Below are positions 9,534 to 19,535 of a stretch of DNA of 64,000 nucleotides, in pieces (the stretch's first letter is position 1; every line of letters begins with the position of its first letter). The stretch spans positions 256,001 through 320,000 of the forward strand of contig CAVWFS010000008.1 of assembly GCA_963754315.1 (NCBI GenBank), given 5' to 3'. The notes beneath the pieces were generated by a model that searched no databases, was not told the DNA's origin, and was given only the letters and a program-made list of their open reading frames with translations. This DNA is from an uncultured Candidatus Rokubacteria bacterium (GTDB lineage Bacteria > Methylomirabilota > Methylomirabilia > Rokubacteriales > CSP1-6). The position numbers and the translations under genes are program-made.

Positions 9534-10838
9534 TCACGACGGCTGGGCCAGGTCGGCCTTGGTGTACGGGATCGAGAAGGTCGCGTCGGCCGGGAGAGGC
9601 GGCATCGTGGCTTCCCACGCCGCATAGCACGCCCGCATCGTGGCCAGGCGCTCCGCCTGGTGCCGGGCACGGTTTGCACGCTCGCGCTGATCCTGGGAGA
9701 GATCGAATAGAAACTCGTCCCCATCGAGCGAGAGGTACTTCCAGTCTCCTCTACGCATGGCCCTCTGATTGCGGAACTTCATCCGCCAGTAGAGGTCGCG
9801 TTCGATGCGTAGCTCGGGATTGGCCAGCACTGGCAGCAGGCTGATGCCGTCCAGGGGGTAGTCGGGGTGAGGTTCCACACCCGCCGACTTTAGGATCGTG
9901 GCCACCCAGTCCATCGTGATGGCGAGCTGGCTGGTGGTGCGTCCGGCGGGCAGCCGCGACGGCCAGCGCACGATGTAGGGCACCCGGATGCCGCCCTCGA
10001 GCAGGTCCATCTTCTTGCCCACCAGTGGCCAGGTGTCGGAGTAGCGTTCGCCGCCGTTGTCGCTGGTGAAGACCACCAGTGTCTCCTCAACGGCGCCGAT
10101 TCGCTCGAGCGCGCCAAGCACCTGACCGATGCCCTCGTCCATGTGCTGGATCATCGTGAGGTAGGTCTGGACCGAGCCGCCGTCGGTATGCGAGATCCGC
10201 TCGAGCGTCCGGGCCAGGGCCTCGTCGTCGCGCGTTTCCCAGGGCCAGTGAGGTGCTGTGTAGTGAAGCGACAGAAAGAAGGGAGCGCGGCGGCCGGCTT
10301 GACGGCGGACGAAATCCGCCGCGCGCTCGGAGATGAGATCGGTGAGATACCCGCTGCGCTGGGCCTCGCTCTCGCCTTCATACAGGTCGTATTGCCCCGC
10401 CGAGTCTCGATGCGTGAAATAGTCGACACCGCCGCTCATGGGACCGAAGAACTCCTCGTATCCGCTCTGCAAGGGGCCGAAGTGGGGCAGAAAACCCAGG
10501 TGCCACTTGCCGACGAGCGCCGTGGCATAGCCAGCCTCGCGCAGCAGTGATGGCAGGGTAGGGTGCGCTGGCGGCAGGCCGAGGACGGCGTTACCCCGAT
10601 GACGGCTGGCAATGGGCTCGTCATTGCCGCCGCGCAGACGGTACTGAAAGCGTCCGGTCATCAACGCGAAGCGCGTGGGCGAGCACACCGGGGAGTTGGC
10701 GTAGCCGTGGGTGAAGCGCAGGCCGTCTGCCGCCAACCTGTCGAGCGTGGGCGAGCACGACGAACGCCCCCCGTAGCACCCGAGGTCTGCGTAGCCGAGA
10801 TCGTCGGCAAGAATGAACACGATGTTGGGTCGAGTCAT
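9534..10838 (-). CDS. Formylglycine-type (Cys) sulfatase
   Basis: MTRPNIVFILADDLG start at 10838; CSPTR signature, GKWHLG, SDNG, EGGIRVP. Confidence 0.92.
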   Translation of the reverse strand: MTRPNIVFILADDLGYADLGCYGGRSSCSPTLDRLAADGLRFTHGYANSPVCSPTRFALMTGRFQYRLRGGNDEPIASRHRGNAVLGLPPAHPTLPSLLREAGYATALVGKWHLGFLPHFGPLQSGYEEFFGPMSGGVDYFTHRDSAGQYDLYEGESEAQRSGYLTDLISERAADFVRRQAGRRAPFFLSLHYTAPHWPWETRDDEALARTLERISHTDGGSVQTYLTMIQHMDEGIGQVLGALERIGAVEETLVVFTSDNGGERYSDTWPLVGKKMDLLEGGIRVPYIVRWPSRLPAGRTTSQLAITMDWVATILKSAGVEPHPDYPLDGISLLPVLANPELRIERDLYWRMKFRNQRAMRRGDWKYLSLDGDEFLFDLSQDQRERANRARHQAERLATMRACYAAWEATMPPLPADATFSIPYTKADLAQPS

Positions 10839-11008
10839 CGATCCTCCGTCCTCATTGTCGGCTCCAGGCTCAGGCCGAGCCGCTCGGCCAGCCGCTGGGT
10901 GCGCTCGACGAGTCGGGGCGCGCGCATCGTCACAAACAGGTCTTGAGCGGTGCGGAGGTCGGTGGCGGCGGCATCCCGGTCGCCTCGTGCCGCGCGAACT
11001 TCGGCCAG
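10835..11008 (-). pseudogene. Orphan 3' gene fragment resembling the TPR-like C-terminus of large ATPase/cyclase regulators
   Basis: 57 codons, LAEVRAARGDRDAAATDLRTAQDLFVTMRAPRLVERTQRLAERLG...*. No start codon at its 5' end, in-frame TAG 5 codons upstream, stop coupled (ATGA) to the sulfatase start. Confidence 0.55.
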
Positions 11009-11044
11009 GGGTCTCGCGGCCTACTTCGCGACCCAGCGGGAACG

Positions 11045-11869
11045 CTAGCCCTGCATGAAGCCGTTCAGCTCCGGCGTGGCCAGGGACGAATCGAGGTATC
11101 CGAACGTGCCCTTGTCCTTCACCTCGCGGGCAGCATTGAGCAAGCCACTCATGGCGGCTCGGTAGAGGGAGGTGGCGAGGCTGATTCGCCTGACACCCGC
11201 AGTCTCCAGCTCGGCCACCGTGAACGATTTGCCTTTGATGCCGACCATGAAGTTGAAGGGTTTGGACAGCGCCGTGCAAACCGTCCGGACCGCGGCCAGG
11301 TCGGGCAGGCCTGGGGCGAAGAGCACGTCGGCCCCCGCCCGCTCGAACGCCTGCAGGCGCTTGATCGTATCGTCAAGGTTCGGGTTGCCGCGGAGGAAGT
11401 TCTCCGCGCGGGCGGTCAGGGTGAAGGCGAAGGGGAGCGCACGTGCCGCCTGCACGGCCGCCGCCACCCGTTCCGTCGCGTGGCCGATGTCATAGAGTGG
11501 GCGGTCTGGATTGCCCGTCGCGTCCTCGATGGAGCCGCCGACCAGGCCCACCCCGGCGGCGAGGCGAATGGTTTCCGCCGCCGCTTCCGGGGAGTCTCCG
11601 AAGCCTTTTTCCAGATCGGCCGAGACCGGGAGATCTGTCGCCGTCACGATGGCGTGCGCATGGGCGAGTGCCTCGTCGCGCGTCACCTTACCGTCACGCC
11701 GCCCGAGGATGCCGGCGGAGGCTCCGCTCGATGTGGCCAGTGCCCGAAAGCCGAGACCGGCCAGGATGCGGGCCGAGCCGGCATCCCACGGATTGGGAAT
11801 CACGAAAGCGCCAGGTCCTTGGTGCAGCGCGCAGAAGCGGCCGGCCTTGTCACTCTGACTTGCCGTCAT
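11045..11869 (-). CDS. Isocitrate lyase/PEP mutase family protein
   Basis: PNPWDAGSA, ATSSG, SADLEKGFG, GSIED, ARAENF, GADVLFAPG. Confidence 0.9.
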   Translation of the reverse strand: MTASQSDKAGRFCALHQGPGAFVIPNPWDAGSARILAGLGFRALATSSGASAGILGRRDGKVTRDEALAHAHAIVTATDLPVSADLEKGFGDSPEAAAETIRLAAGVGLVGGSIEDATGNPDRPLYDIGHATERVAAAVQAARALPFAFTLTARAENFLRGNPNLDDTIKRLQAFERAGADVLFAPGLPDLAAVRTVCTALSKPFNFMVGIKGKSFTVAELETAGVRRISLATSLYRAAMSGLLNAAREVKDKGTFGYLDSSLATPELNGFMQG

Positions 11870-11898
11870 GGGGTCCTCCGGATATCAGGCAATCATCG

Positions 11899-13689
11899 CT
11901 ACCAGGCAAGCGCGTAGGTCGGCCGACGTGGATCGGCGCCGGCCGAGAGGACGCCGGTGTCCCGGTCGCGGTGGGTCACCACGGCGCCGACACCGCAAGC
12001 GCCCGTCTCGGTGACGGTGTGGCCGAGCGCGCGGAGGGCGGCGCGGGTGCTTTCGGAGATGCCCGGCTCGACATTGAGCTGGCCTGGTCGGTAGACGCGC
12101 GGATAGAACGAGTTGACCAATGTCTGGGTCGAGAAGCGGGGGGCTTCCACCGCCTGCTGCGGATTCATCCCGAAGACCAGGACGTTGAGGACGAGCTGCA
12201 GGTCCGCTTGGGCCTGATCATCACCCCCCGGGCAGCCGATGGTGATGGTCGGCACGCCGTCCTCACAGATGAGGTAGCTCACCAGGGTCGTGCGGGGGCG
12301 CTTGCCTGGGGTGAGGGCATTGGGATGACCGTCAGCGAGGACGAACATTTCGCTCCGCGTGCTGAGCGTGCACCCAAGCTCGGGGGCGAAGGCGGACTTT
12401 CTGAACACACCGCCGCTCGGAGTCAGGCAGATCATGTTGCCGTCGCGGTCGATCGCGGCGATGTGGGTCGTGCCGTCAGCGGCGGGCGACATCGACGTCC
12501 CCACCGACCGCGGAATTGCCTTCTCACCTGGAGGTGCAGCGTCCCGCGGCCCGATATCCCCGGGCGGGGGCGCCTCGGGGGCGGCACGATCCATGCGAAT
12601 GAGGGCGGCCCGTTCTCGCGCGTAGGCGGCCGATAGCAGGGTGGTCAGGGGGACCGACTTGGAGTCGCCGTAATACCGTTCGCGGTCGGCAAAGGCCAGC
12701 TTGAGCGCTTCCGTGATCACGTGGATGTAGCGCGGTGTGTTGTGCCCGAGGGCACGGAGATCGAGCGGGGCGAGCATGGCCAGTGCTTGCATGAGCACGG
12801 GTCCTTGGGTCCATGCCGATTGACCGAGAACCTCCCGGCCCGCGAAAGTGGTCCGCAGGGGTGGCTCGAAGCCGGCCCGGTATCCGGCCAGATCACTCGC
12901 GCGCAAGAGACCGCCCAGCCGTTCGGAGAAGCCTCCGATGGCCGCAGCAATGTCACCGCCGTAGAAGCGTTCTCGCGCGGCCACGATGCCGGCTGTTCGG
13001 TGGCCGCGACCTCGCGTGTCGGCCTCGACGAGCCGCCGCAAGGTGGCGGCGAGAGCCGGTTGCACGAACAGGTCGCCTACCGCGGGCACTCGACCCCCAG
13101 GGTAGAAGACGTCGGCACCTCCTGGCGGGTACACCTCGAACTGGTCCCGGGTCTCGGGAACGGCGAGCAGGCGGTGCATGTACTCGTACATCGGAAAGCC
13201 GCGCTCGGCGTAGTGCACGGCCGGCGCCAGCACCTCGCTGAGGGTCTTGGTGCCGTGCGCTTCGAGCACGGTCAAGTACGCATCGACAGCGCCCGGTACT
13301 GTGAACGACAGGTGAGCTTGCGGACCGGGCCCGGTCGGGATGCGATCGAGGCGACGTTCACGGAAGAATCCGAGTGTCGCCAAGGCTGGCGCCACACCCT
13401 GGCCGCTCACGGCCAGGGTCTCGCGCAACCGGGTGTCGTGGATCAGGGCGACGCACTCGCCACACAGCGTGTAGGATGCCGTCGGCTCCACCACGGCCGC
13501 GGCAAAGCCGGCGGCCACCGCCGCGTCGAAGGCGTTGCCTCCCGCGAGAAGCATGCGCATGCCGGCCATCGATACCAGAGGATGACCGGCGGCGACGATC
13601 CCCTGCGTGCCCGACACAACGGGTCGCGTGGTCGTCCAGTCTCTCGTGTGGTGCTCTGCCTCGTGGATTCGCCCTTTCGCTGTCGTCAT
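11899..13689 (-). CDS. ggt: Gamma-glutamyltransferase family Ntn hydrolase
   Basis: GGNAFDAAVA, EALKLAFADRE, autocleavage GTTHIAAID, PGKRP, GADPRR. Confidence 0.9.
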   Translation of the reverse strand: MTTAKGRIHEAEHHTRDWTTTRPVVSGTQGIVAAGHPLVSMAGMRMLLAGGNAFDAAVAAGFAAAVVEPTASYTLCGECVALIHDTRLRETLAVSGQGVAPALATLGFFRERRLDRIPTGPGPQAHLSFTVPGAVDAYLTVLEAHGTKTLSEVLAPAVHYAERGFPMYEYMHRLLAVPETRDQFEVYPPGGADVFYPGGRVPAVGDLFVQPALAATLRRLVEADTRGRGHRTAGIVAARERFYGGDIAAAIGGFSERLGGLLRASDLAGYRAGFEPPLRTTFAGREVLGQSAWTQGPVLMQALAMLAPLDLRALGHNTPRYIHVITEALKLAFADRERYYGDSKSVPLTTLLSAAYARERAALIRMDRAAPEAPPPGDIGPRDAAPPGEKAIPRSVGTSMSPAADGTTHIAAIDRDGNMICLTPSGGVFRKSAFAPELGCTLSTRSEMFVLADGHPNALTPGKRPRTTLVSYLICEDGVPTITIGCPGGDDQAQADLQLVLNVLVFGMNPQQAVEAPRFSTQTLVNSFYPRVYRPGQLNVEPGISESTRAALRALGHTVTETGACGVGAVVTHRDRDTGVLSAGADPRRPTYALAW

Positions 13690-13732
13690 CAGCTCACCTC
13701 ACGTGACCCATAGCCACCCTACCACGTCTCGC

Positions 13733-14071
13733 TCAGCGCCTTGCCCGCGCAGCGACCGCGAAGGCCAGGAAATACCGGTCGAGCCCCTCCAGCGTCGTGC
13801 CGTACTCGCTCCCCCCTTGCGCGGCATCGCAGAGCAGCTCCCGCGCCCGAGCAATCTCCCGGAGCCGGTGGCGCCAGCGGGCATCGGCCAAGGTGAGGTC
13901 GAGCAGCTCGAGCGCACGGATGAAGGCGGCCGTCGCCAAGCGCTCGTCGCGTTCCTTCCAGCGGAGCATTCGTCCCACCTCGCTACCCACGTTACCGAGC
14001 TGCTCCGCCAGCGAGAGCGTTCCCCACTTGCCCGCCGCCTGCTCGGGGTGCCGGTACACGGGCTCTGTCAC
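13733..14071 (-). CDS. Conserved helical hypothetical protein downstream of a DUF5674-like gene
   Basis: WGTLSLAEQLGNVGSEVGR...RALELLDLT...REIARARE. Probable GTG start at 14071 overlaps the upstream remnant's TGA (ORF track start 14104). Confidence 0.7.
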   Translation of the reverse strand: MTEPVYRHPEQAAGKWGTLSLAEQLGNVGSEVGRMLRWKERDERLATAAFIRALELLDLTLADARWRHRLREIARARELLCDAAQGGSEYGTTLEGLDRYFLAFAVAARARR

Positions 14072-14225
14072 GGGACGACCAGTCTTGTCACGATGTTTTG
14101 CCATTGATGGCTATCAATTCTTGCTCCACGTCCACCACGGCCTTCACGAAGTCCCCGAACTGCTCGTGCGCCATCCGGCGGATCTCGTGGAGAGAAATGG
14201 GGGTGCGGACGACCTCGATGGACAT
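14068..14225 (-). pseudogene. DUF5674-like gene with internal deletion
   Basis: MSIEVVRTPISLHEIRRMAHEQFGDFVKAVVDVEQELIAING.. stops at 14088. A C-terminus-like IVTRLVVP* follows in another frame and ends at 14068. Confidence 0.6.
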
Positions 14226-14279
14226 GGCGGTCGATGATAACGCGCCCCCAGCGCTCGCGTCCGTTTCATCGGGTGCCGA

Positions 14280-14993
14280 TCACGAGGGTTCGTCCAGCTC
14301 GAAGTACACCCGACGATTTGCCTTGCCCTTGTTCTCGCACTTGGTGAGCCGGAGCCGACCGATCTCGCGCAGACTGGCTACGTGGCAACCACCATCGGCC
14401 TGGACGTCGAAGCCCCCGATGTCGACCAGACGTAGCTCGGGCAGGTCGTGGCGAAACGTGGTCTCCAGCTTGAACAGCTCAGGTCGCGCCCGCGCCTCGG
14501 CGGCGGGCACGAAGGAGATCCGCACCGGCAGGTCCTGCGCGATCAGCGCGTTGGCGCGACGGAATCCCTCCTCCAGCACCTCGCGGTCAAACTGCTCGAA
14601 GGCAAAGTCGACACGTGCCTTGTCTGGTGTGAGCTGATTGCCCGTGACTCGTACCTGGTAGTCCTTGAACATCAGCCCGGTGAGCACGTGCGTGGCCGTG
14701 TGATAGCGCATCAACAGATAGCGGCGGCTCCAGTCCAGGCGCCCCGTGACGGGGTTACCCACCGCCAGGCCACCACGATCCAGGCGGTGCACGACGTCCT
14801 CGTCGTCCAGTGTCTCGACCACGCGGTAGGTTTCACCGCCGGGCCCGGTCAGCGCGCCTTCGTCCCCCAGCACCCCGCCCCCGCTGGGAAAGAAGGCCGT
14901 GCGGTCGAGGACGACACCCTCGGGCCGCACGGCCGCCACTCGCGCCTCAAAGGTCTCGAGGTAGCTGTCTCGCTGGTAGAGCCGGTCGGTCAT
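14280..14993 (-). CDS. alaX: Alanyl-tRNA editing protein AlaX
   Basis: LYQRDSYL, VLDRTAFFPSGGG, HTATH and DGGCHV Zn motifs, NKGKANRR. Confidence 0.88.
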   Translation of the reverse strand: MTDRLYQRDSYLETFEARVAAVRPEGVVLDRTAFFPSGGGVLGDEGALTGPGGETYRVVETLDDEDVVHRLDRGGLAVGNPVTGRLDWSRRYLLMRYHTATHVLTGLMFKDYQVRVTGNQLTPDKARVDFAFEQFDREVLEEGFRRANALIAQDLPVRISFVPAAEARARPELFKLETTFRHDLPELRLVDIGGFDVQADGGCHVASLREIGRLRLTKCENKGKANRRVYFELDEPS

Positions 14994-16189
14994 CAGCGCC
15001 GGGCGGCAAGGTCAGCCTTCCGGAAATCCGCCTCGGTGAAGCCGTAGAGGTGCGCGCCTCCCTTGAGGATCTGGGCCGCGATCTCTCGCGGGACGTTCTT
15101 GAGAAGGTTGTCGGCCACGTGCGGGAAGTTGGAATCGAAGTGTGGGTAGTCGGTCGAGATGCACATGCGATCGGCCCCCATGAGGCCAGCCGTTGCCTCG
15201 ATCTCCGGCTCGCTCCCCTCCACCGCCGCCCAGCAGTTGCGCCGGAAATACTCCCGCGGCGTCAAGGTGAGATACGGGGCGTGCGAGTCGCGGTACTGCG
15301 GATAGTCCCACTCGATGCGCGACAGCAGACCGGGCACCCAGGAGTTCTGCGCTTCCAGGAAGCCCACGCGTAGCTTGGGATGGAACTCGAAGACCCCTCC
15401 GATGATCATGGCGATCAACGCCTGCTGCATCTCGATCCAGTGGCTGGCCACGTGTCGGTAGAAGCGGTTCTCGCCGTACAGCGGGATCATGCGAGAGTAG
15501 ACGGCGCTCACGCCCTCGTGAAAGCCCCAGGTCACGTCGAGATCCTCGTGCACGCTGTAGAGCGGGTCCCAGTAGTTCGAGTGCCAGTACCGCCCGTTGA
15601 CAAGGTTGGGCCGGACGAAGGATCCCACCGCGCCCAGCTCTCGCACGCACCGGATGAGCTCTCGGCAGGCCATGTGGACGTCATGCACGGGCAGCATCGC
15701 CACGAACTTCAGCCGGTCCGGACTATACCGGCAGAATTCATGGATCCAGTTGTTGTAGGCCTGGCAAACGGCAAGGGAGAGCTGCGGATCGAGGTTGTCA
15801 CGGGCGATGAGGGAGAGGCCGGTTGTGGGATACAGCACCGCAATGTCGACGCCTTCCATCTCCATGCCCATCACCTGGGCCTCGGGGTTGTAATCGCGCT
15901 CGACAGCAAAGTCCAGCCGGCCGGTGTCGGCGAGCCGGGATCCTGACAAAGGTTGGGTGCTCTGGGTCGGCCCGGGCCGGCGCCGCTTTCGATACTGCTG
16001 AATATCGGTGTCCGTGGTGGGCAGGCCATCGATCACGGTCGCGCCGAACATGCCGCGGGCGGGGCGCCCGTCGGCTCCCACGGGAACGCTGACGCGATCC
16101 TTGAATCGTGGATCCAGATAGCGGTCGAAGAGATCGGGCGGCTCCATGATGTGCATGTCGGAGTCAACGAACCGGAGTCCATCCTTCAT
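14993..16189 (-). CDS. Amidohydrolase_2 family protein
   Basis: Start MKDGLRFVDSDMHIMEP; AYNNWI, FHPKLRVGFLEA, STDYPHFD. Confidence 0.87.
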   Translation of the reverse strand: MKDGLRFVDSDMHIMEPPDLFDRYLDPRFKDRVSVPVGADGRPARGMFGATVIDGLPTTDTDIQQYRKRRRPGPTQSTQPLSGSRLADTGRLDFAVERDYNPEAQVMGMEMEGVDIAVLYPTTGLSLIARDNLDPQLSLAVCQAYNNWIHEFCRYSPDRLKFVAMLPVHDVHMACRELIRCVRELGAVGSFVRPNLVNGRYWHSNYWDPLYSVHEDLDVTWGFHEGVSAVYSRMIPLYGENRFYRHVASHWIEMQQALIAMIIGGVFEFHPKLRVGFLEAQNSWVPGLLSRIEWDYPQYRDSHAPYLTLTPREYFRRNCWAAVEGSEPEIEATAGLMGADRMCISTDYPHFDSNFPHVADNLLKNVPREIAAQILKGGAHLYGFTEADFRKADLAARR

Positions 16190-16334
16190 GGCACGCTCCT
16201 CATCGTGTGATATGTCTCGGCTCAACCGCGTGTATCGGCGCACCTGCGCGGCGCCACCGGCCACGATGATGAGCCGACCGTGGGCGAGCGTCAAGCTCCC
16301 AGCCGCGTGCTGTCAGGAGTGCTCCGCCCGGGGG

Positions 16335-17150
16335 CTACTCCGCGAACTGGGCGCCCCGCCAGCGCAGCGCCGCTCCCAGACCGTCCTTCTCCCTGATCTC
16401 ATCGAACTTCGTCCCGACCTCGGTTCTCGCCGCATAGAGCGGGGCCACCACGTCGAGCCCGGCGCGGATGGCGTTGCGCAACCCGGCCGCGTCGGCGCCG
16501 CGGTTAATGGCGAGCTTGGTCCCCGCGAGCGACTCAGGTGAGATGAGGGCGAGCCGTCTGGCGAACTTGAGGGTGGCCGCAGCCAGCTCCGCGCGGGGCA
16601 CCACGCGGTTGACCATGCCGTACTCGAGTGCGGTCCGCGCGTCGATGGTGTCGCCCAGGTACAGCAGCTCGCGTGCCCGCTTGAGGCCAATGACGAAGGG
16701 CATGATCAGCGCCGGGCCGACGTTGGAGAAGCGGATCTCGGGTTCCCCGAACACGGCGTCGTCGGCGGCGATGGTCAGGTCACACAGCATGGCCAGCTCG
16801 CAGCCGCCACCGAGACAGTGGCCCTGCACGGACGCGACGACCGGTTTCCTCATGTCCCAGGGTGTCATCTCGAGCGCGACATCGTCACTGAGCGACTCGT
16901 GCCAGGCGAGCGCATTGTGGCGCCGAGCGGCCCGCCCCGGGTTGGGCGCGATGTCGTAGCCGGCGCAGAAGCTTCGGCCTTCGGCGCGTAGCACCACGAC
17001 GGCGGTGACGGGGTCACGGTCGGCCTCGTGCAGGCGCTCCACGAGCGCATGCTTCAGATCGGCGCTGATGGCGTTGAGCTTGTCGGGGCGGTTGAGGGAC
17101 ACGATGCCCACACGGCCGTCGACGGCGTAGGTCACGAGTGGCGTGGTCAT
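16335..17150 (-). CDS. Enoyl-CoA hydratase/isomerase family protein
   Basis: LNRPDKLNA, FCAGYD, GHCLGGGCEL, FGEPE. Confidence 0.9.
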   Translation of the reverse strand: MTTPLVTYAVDGRVGIVSLNRPDKLNAISADLKHALVERLHEADRDPVTAVVVLRAEGRSFCAGYDIAPNPGRAARRHNALAWHESLSDDVALEMTPWDMRKPVVASVQGHCLGGGCELAMLCDLTIAADDAVFGEPEIRFSNVGPALIMPFVIGLKRARELLYLGDTIDARTALEYGMVNRVVPRAELAAATLKFARRLALISPESLAGTKLAINRGADAAGLRNAIRAGLDVVAPLYAARTEVGTKFDEIREKDGLGAALRWRGAQFAE

Positions 17151-17244
17151 AGCAAGCTCCTTACGGGTCTCGGTTCAGGACGATGGCGGCCATTGTAATC
17201 GGTGGCCTCGCTCCGTAAGGTAGGCAGCCTGGGAGGGACGACCA

Positions 17245-18222
17245 TTGCGCGCCACCGAGACGGTTGAGGTCGGCAGAACGGGGCTTCGGGTGTCTCGACT
17301 CGGACTGGGAGGCGTGGCCCTCTCGGGGGCTCCGCCGGCCACCGATCCGCACCAGCCGACGCCGGAGGCGGAGGCCGTCGCCCTCATCCATCGCAGCCTG
17401 GCCCTGGGCCTGAACTATCTGGATACGGCGCCGATGTACGGTGTGGGCCAGAGCGAGACGCGATATGGCCAGGCGCTGCGGGGCATTCCCCGCGAGCGGT
17501 ATGTGCTCTCCACCAAGGTCGGCCGGCTCCTGCAGCCAGGCCCGGCCGGCAGCGCCCAGCCGACCTGGGCGTTCGACTTCAGCGCGCAGGGTGTCCGTGA
17601 GTCGTTCGAATCATCGCTGGAGCGGCTGGGTCTGGAGCGGGTGGACATCCTGTTTGTCCATGACCCGGATGACCACTACCAGCAGGCGCTCACGCAGGCC
17701 TTTCCCGTGTTGATGGACCTACGGGCGCAGGGCCGGGTGCGCGCTATCGGCGCGGGCATGAATCAGTGGCAGATGGAGCTGGCCTTCGCCCGCGAGGGCC
17801 ATTGCGACTGCTTTCTGCTGGCCGGGCGCTACACCTTGCTGGACCAGACTGCTCTCGCCGAATTCCTGCCGTACTGCCTCGAGCGAGGGATCGCCGTGGT
17901 GGCCGGTGGCCCGTATAACAGCGGCATTCTGGCCGTGGGACCCCGGGAGGGGGCCACCTTCAACTATCGCGCGGCCGCTCCGGAGATGATGGACAAAGCG
18001 GCACGCATCAAGGCGATCTGCGATCGCCACCACGTCCCGCTCAAGGCCGCGGCCTTGCAGTTCATTCTCGCGCATCCGGCGATCGTGTCGGTCATCCCAG
18101 GCGCCCGCTCGATTGCCGAGGTTGAGGAGAACATCCGCATGGTGGAGCGGCCCATCCCGAGCGAGCTGTGGGCGGAGTTGAAACAGGCCGGACTGATCGC
18201 CGCGGGAGCGCCCGTGGCGTGA
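17245..18222 (+). CDS. Aldo/keto reductase (D-threo-aldose dehydrogenase-like)
   Basis: DTAPMYG, LSTKVGR, VHDPD, LLAGRYTLL, YNSGIL. Confidence 0.88.
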   Translation: MRATETVEVGRTGLRVSRLGLGGVALSGAPPATDPHQPTPEAEAVALIHRSLALGLNYLDTAPMYGVGQSETRYGQALRGIPRERYVLSTKVGRLLQPGPAGSAQPTWAFDFSAQGVRESFESSLERLGLERVDILFVHDPDDHYQQALTQAFPVLMDLRAQGRVRAIGAGMNQWQMELAFAREGHCDCFLLAGRYTLLDQTALAEFLPYCLERGIAVVAGGPYNSGILAVGPREGATFNYRAAAPEMMDKAARIKAICDRHHVPLKAAALQFILAHPAIVSVIPGARSIAEVEENIRMVERPIPSELWAELKQAGLIAAGAPVA

Positions 18223-18253
18223 CATCGGTGGACCCGTGTATGATCCTGGCCTC

Positions 18254-19531
18254 ATGACTATGCGTCTGGAGATCATCTGCACGGGCGACGAGGTCCTGAC
18301 CGGAAAGATCGTCAACACGAACTTCAGCTACATGAGCCAGAAGCTGGAAGACGTCGGGCTCTCGGTCAGCTGGGAGACGACGGTCGGCGACGACCGGGAG
18401 AGTCTCCTGAAGGCGTTTCAGCTGGCGGGGCAGCGTGCCGACGCCGTCATCGTCAACGGTGGCCTCGGCCCCACCGTCGACGATCTTTCCCAGGAGATCG
18501 CGGCCCAGGCTGCCGGCGTCGACCTCGTCCTCAACGCGGGCTGGTTAGCCACGATGGAGGACTTCTTCCGGCGCCGGAGCCGGGTGATGCCCCCCAACAA
18601 CACCAAGCAGGCCATGCTGCCCGCGAGCGCCGAGCTGATCGACAACCCGATCGGCACCGCGTGCGGGTTCGCTCTCGACATCGGGCGGGCGCGCTTCTTC
18701 TTCACCCCCGGCGTGCCGCGTGAGCTGCGCCGCATGCTCGAGGAGCAGATCATCCCGCGTCTCCTCGCGCGCAGCGGGATGCAGACGGCCATTCACCTCA
18801 AGCGGTTTCATTCCTACGGGCTGGGCGAATCACACGTCGACAGCCTGCTGACGGGCGTGGACGAGCTGGTGCCAGACGGAAGTGTCAAGCTCGGGTTCAG
18901 GGCCCACTACCCGCAGCTCGAGACCAAGCTCACCGTGCGCGGCACCGACCTGACCGACATCCGGCAAAAGCTGGTGCCCGTGGAGCAGGAGGTTCGCAAG
19001 CGTCTCGGCAACTTCATCCTGGCCGAGGACGATCAGACGCTCGAGGGCGTCATCCTGGCCGAGCTGGGGAGTCGTCAGGGATCACTGGCGACGGTGGAGA
19101 TGTTCACGAGCGGGCAAATCGCTGCTCGTATCGGCCCCCTGCTAGGGGCGGAGAGGGTCTTCCGGCGCGGTATCGTCTCCCGCGACCTCTCCGAGGTATG
19201 GGCGGCCGTTGGCGAGATGGGCGTCCCCCCGGCGGGCGAGCTTACTCGCGAGACGGCGGAGGCCGTGGCACGCGCCGCGCGACGGCAGACCGGCGCCACC
19301 CATGCCTTGGCAGTCCTGATCGACCTCGACGAGGGCGCTGATCGGATCGAGTTCGGCGGCACCATCTGTCTGGCCATTGCCGCCGACCACGAAGTCGCGT
19401 CCCGGCGTAGCCGCATCGTCGGCGGGCGCGAATGGGTACGTTTGGGCGCGGTCGAGCTGGGGCTCGACTGTCTGCGCCGCTACCTCCAGGGCCTCCCCGT
19501 ATACGAGCGTACCGACTTCGAACGAAGTTAA
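18254..19531 (+). CDS. cinA: CinA family protein (MocF-like domain plus degenerate PncC-like domain)
   Basis: GDEVLTGKIVNTN, VGDD, GGLGPTVDD, NPIGTACG, PGVPRE, GLGES. Confidence 0.85.
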   Translation: MTMRLEIICTGDEVLTGKIVNTNFSYMSQKLEDVGLSVSWETTVGDDRESLLKAFQLAGQRADAVIVNGGLGPTVDDLSQEIAAQAAGVDLVLNAGWLATMEDFFRRRSRVMPPNNTKQAMLPASAELIDNPIGTACGFALDIGRARFFFTPGVPRELRRMLEEQIIPRLLARSGMQTAIHLKRFHSYGLGESHVDSLLTGVDELVPDGSVKLGFRAHYPQLETKLTVRGTDLTDIRQKLVPVEQEVRKRLGNFILAEDDQTLEGVILAELGSRQGSLATVEMFTSGQIAARIGPLLGAERVFRRGIVSRDLSEVWAAVGEMGVPPAGELTRETAEAVARAARRQTGATHALAVLIDLDEGADRIEFGGTICLAIAADHEVASRRSRIVGGREWVRLGAVELGLDCLRRYLQGLPVYERTDFERS

Positions 19532-19535
19532 TTGT

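Noticed and set aside
10839..11279. N-terminal extension of the sulfatase
   Set aside because: Overlaps the PEP-mutase-family gene out of frame; the family N-terminus and RBS lie at 10838.
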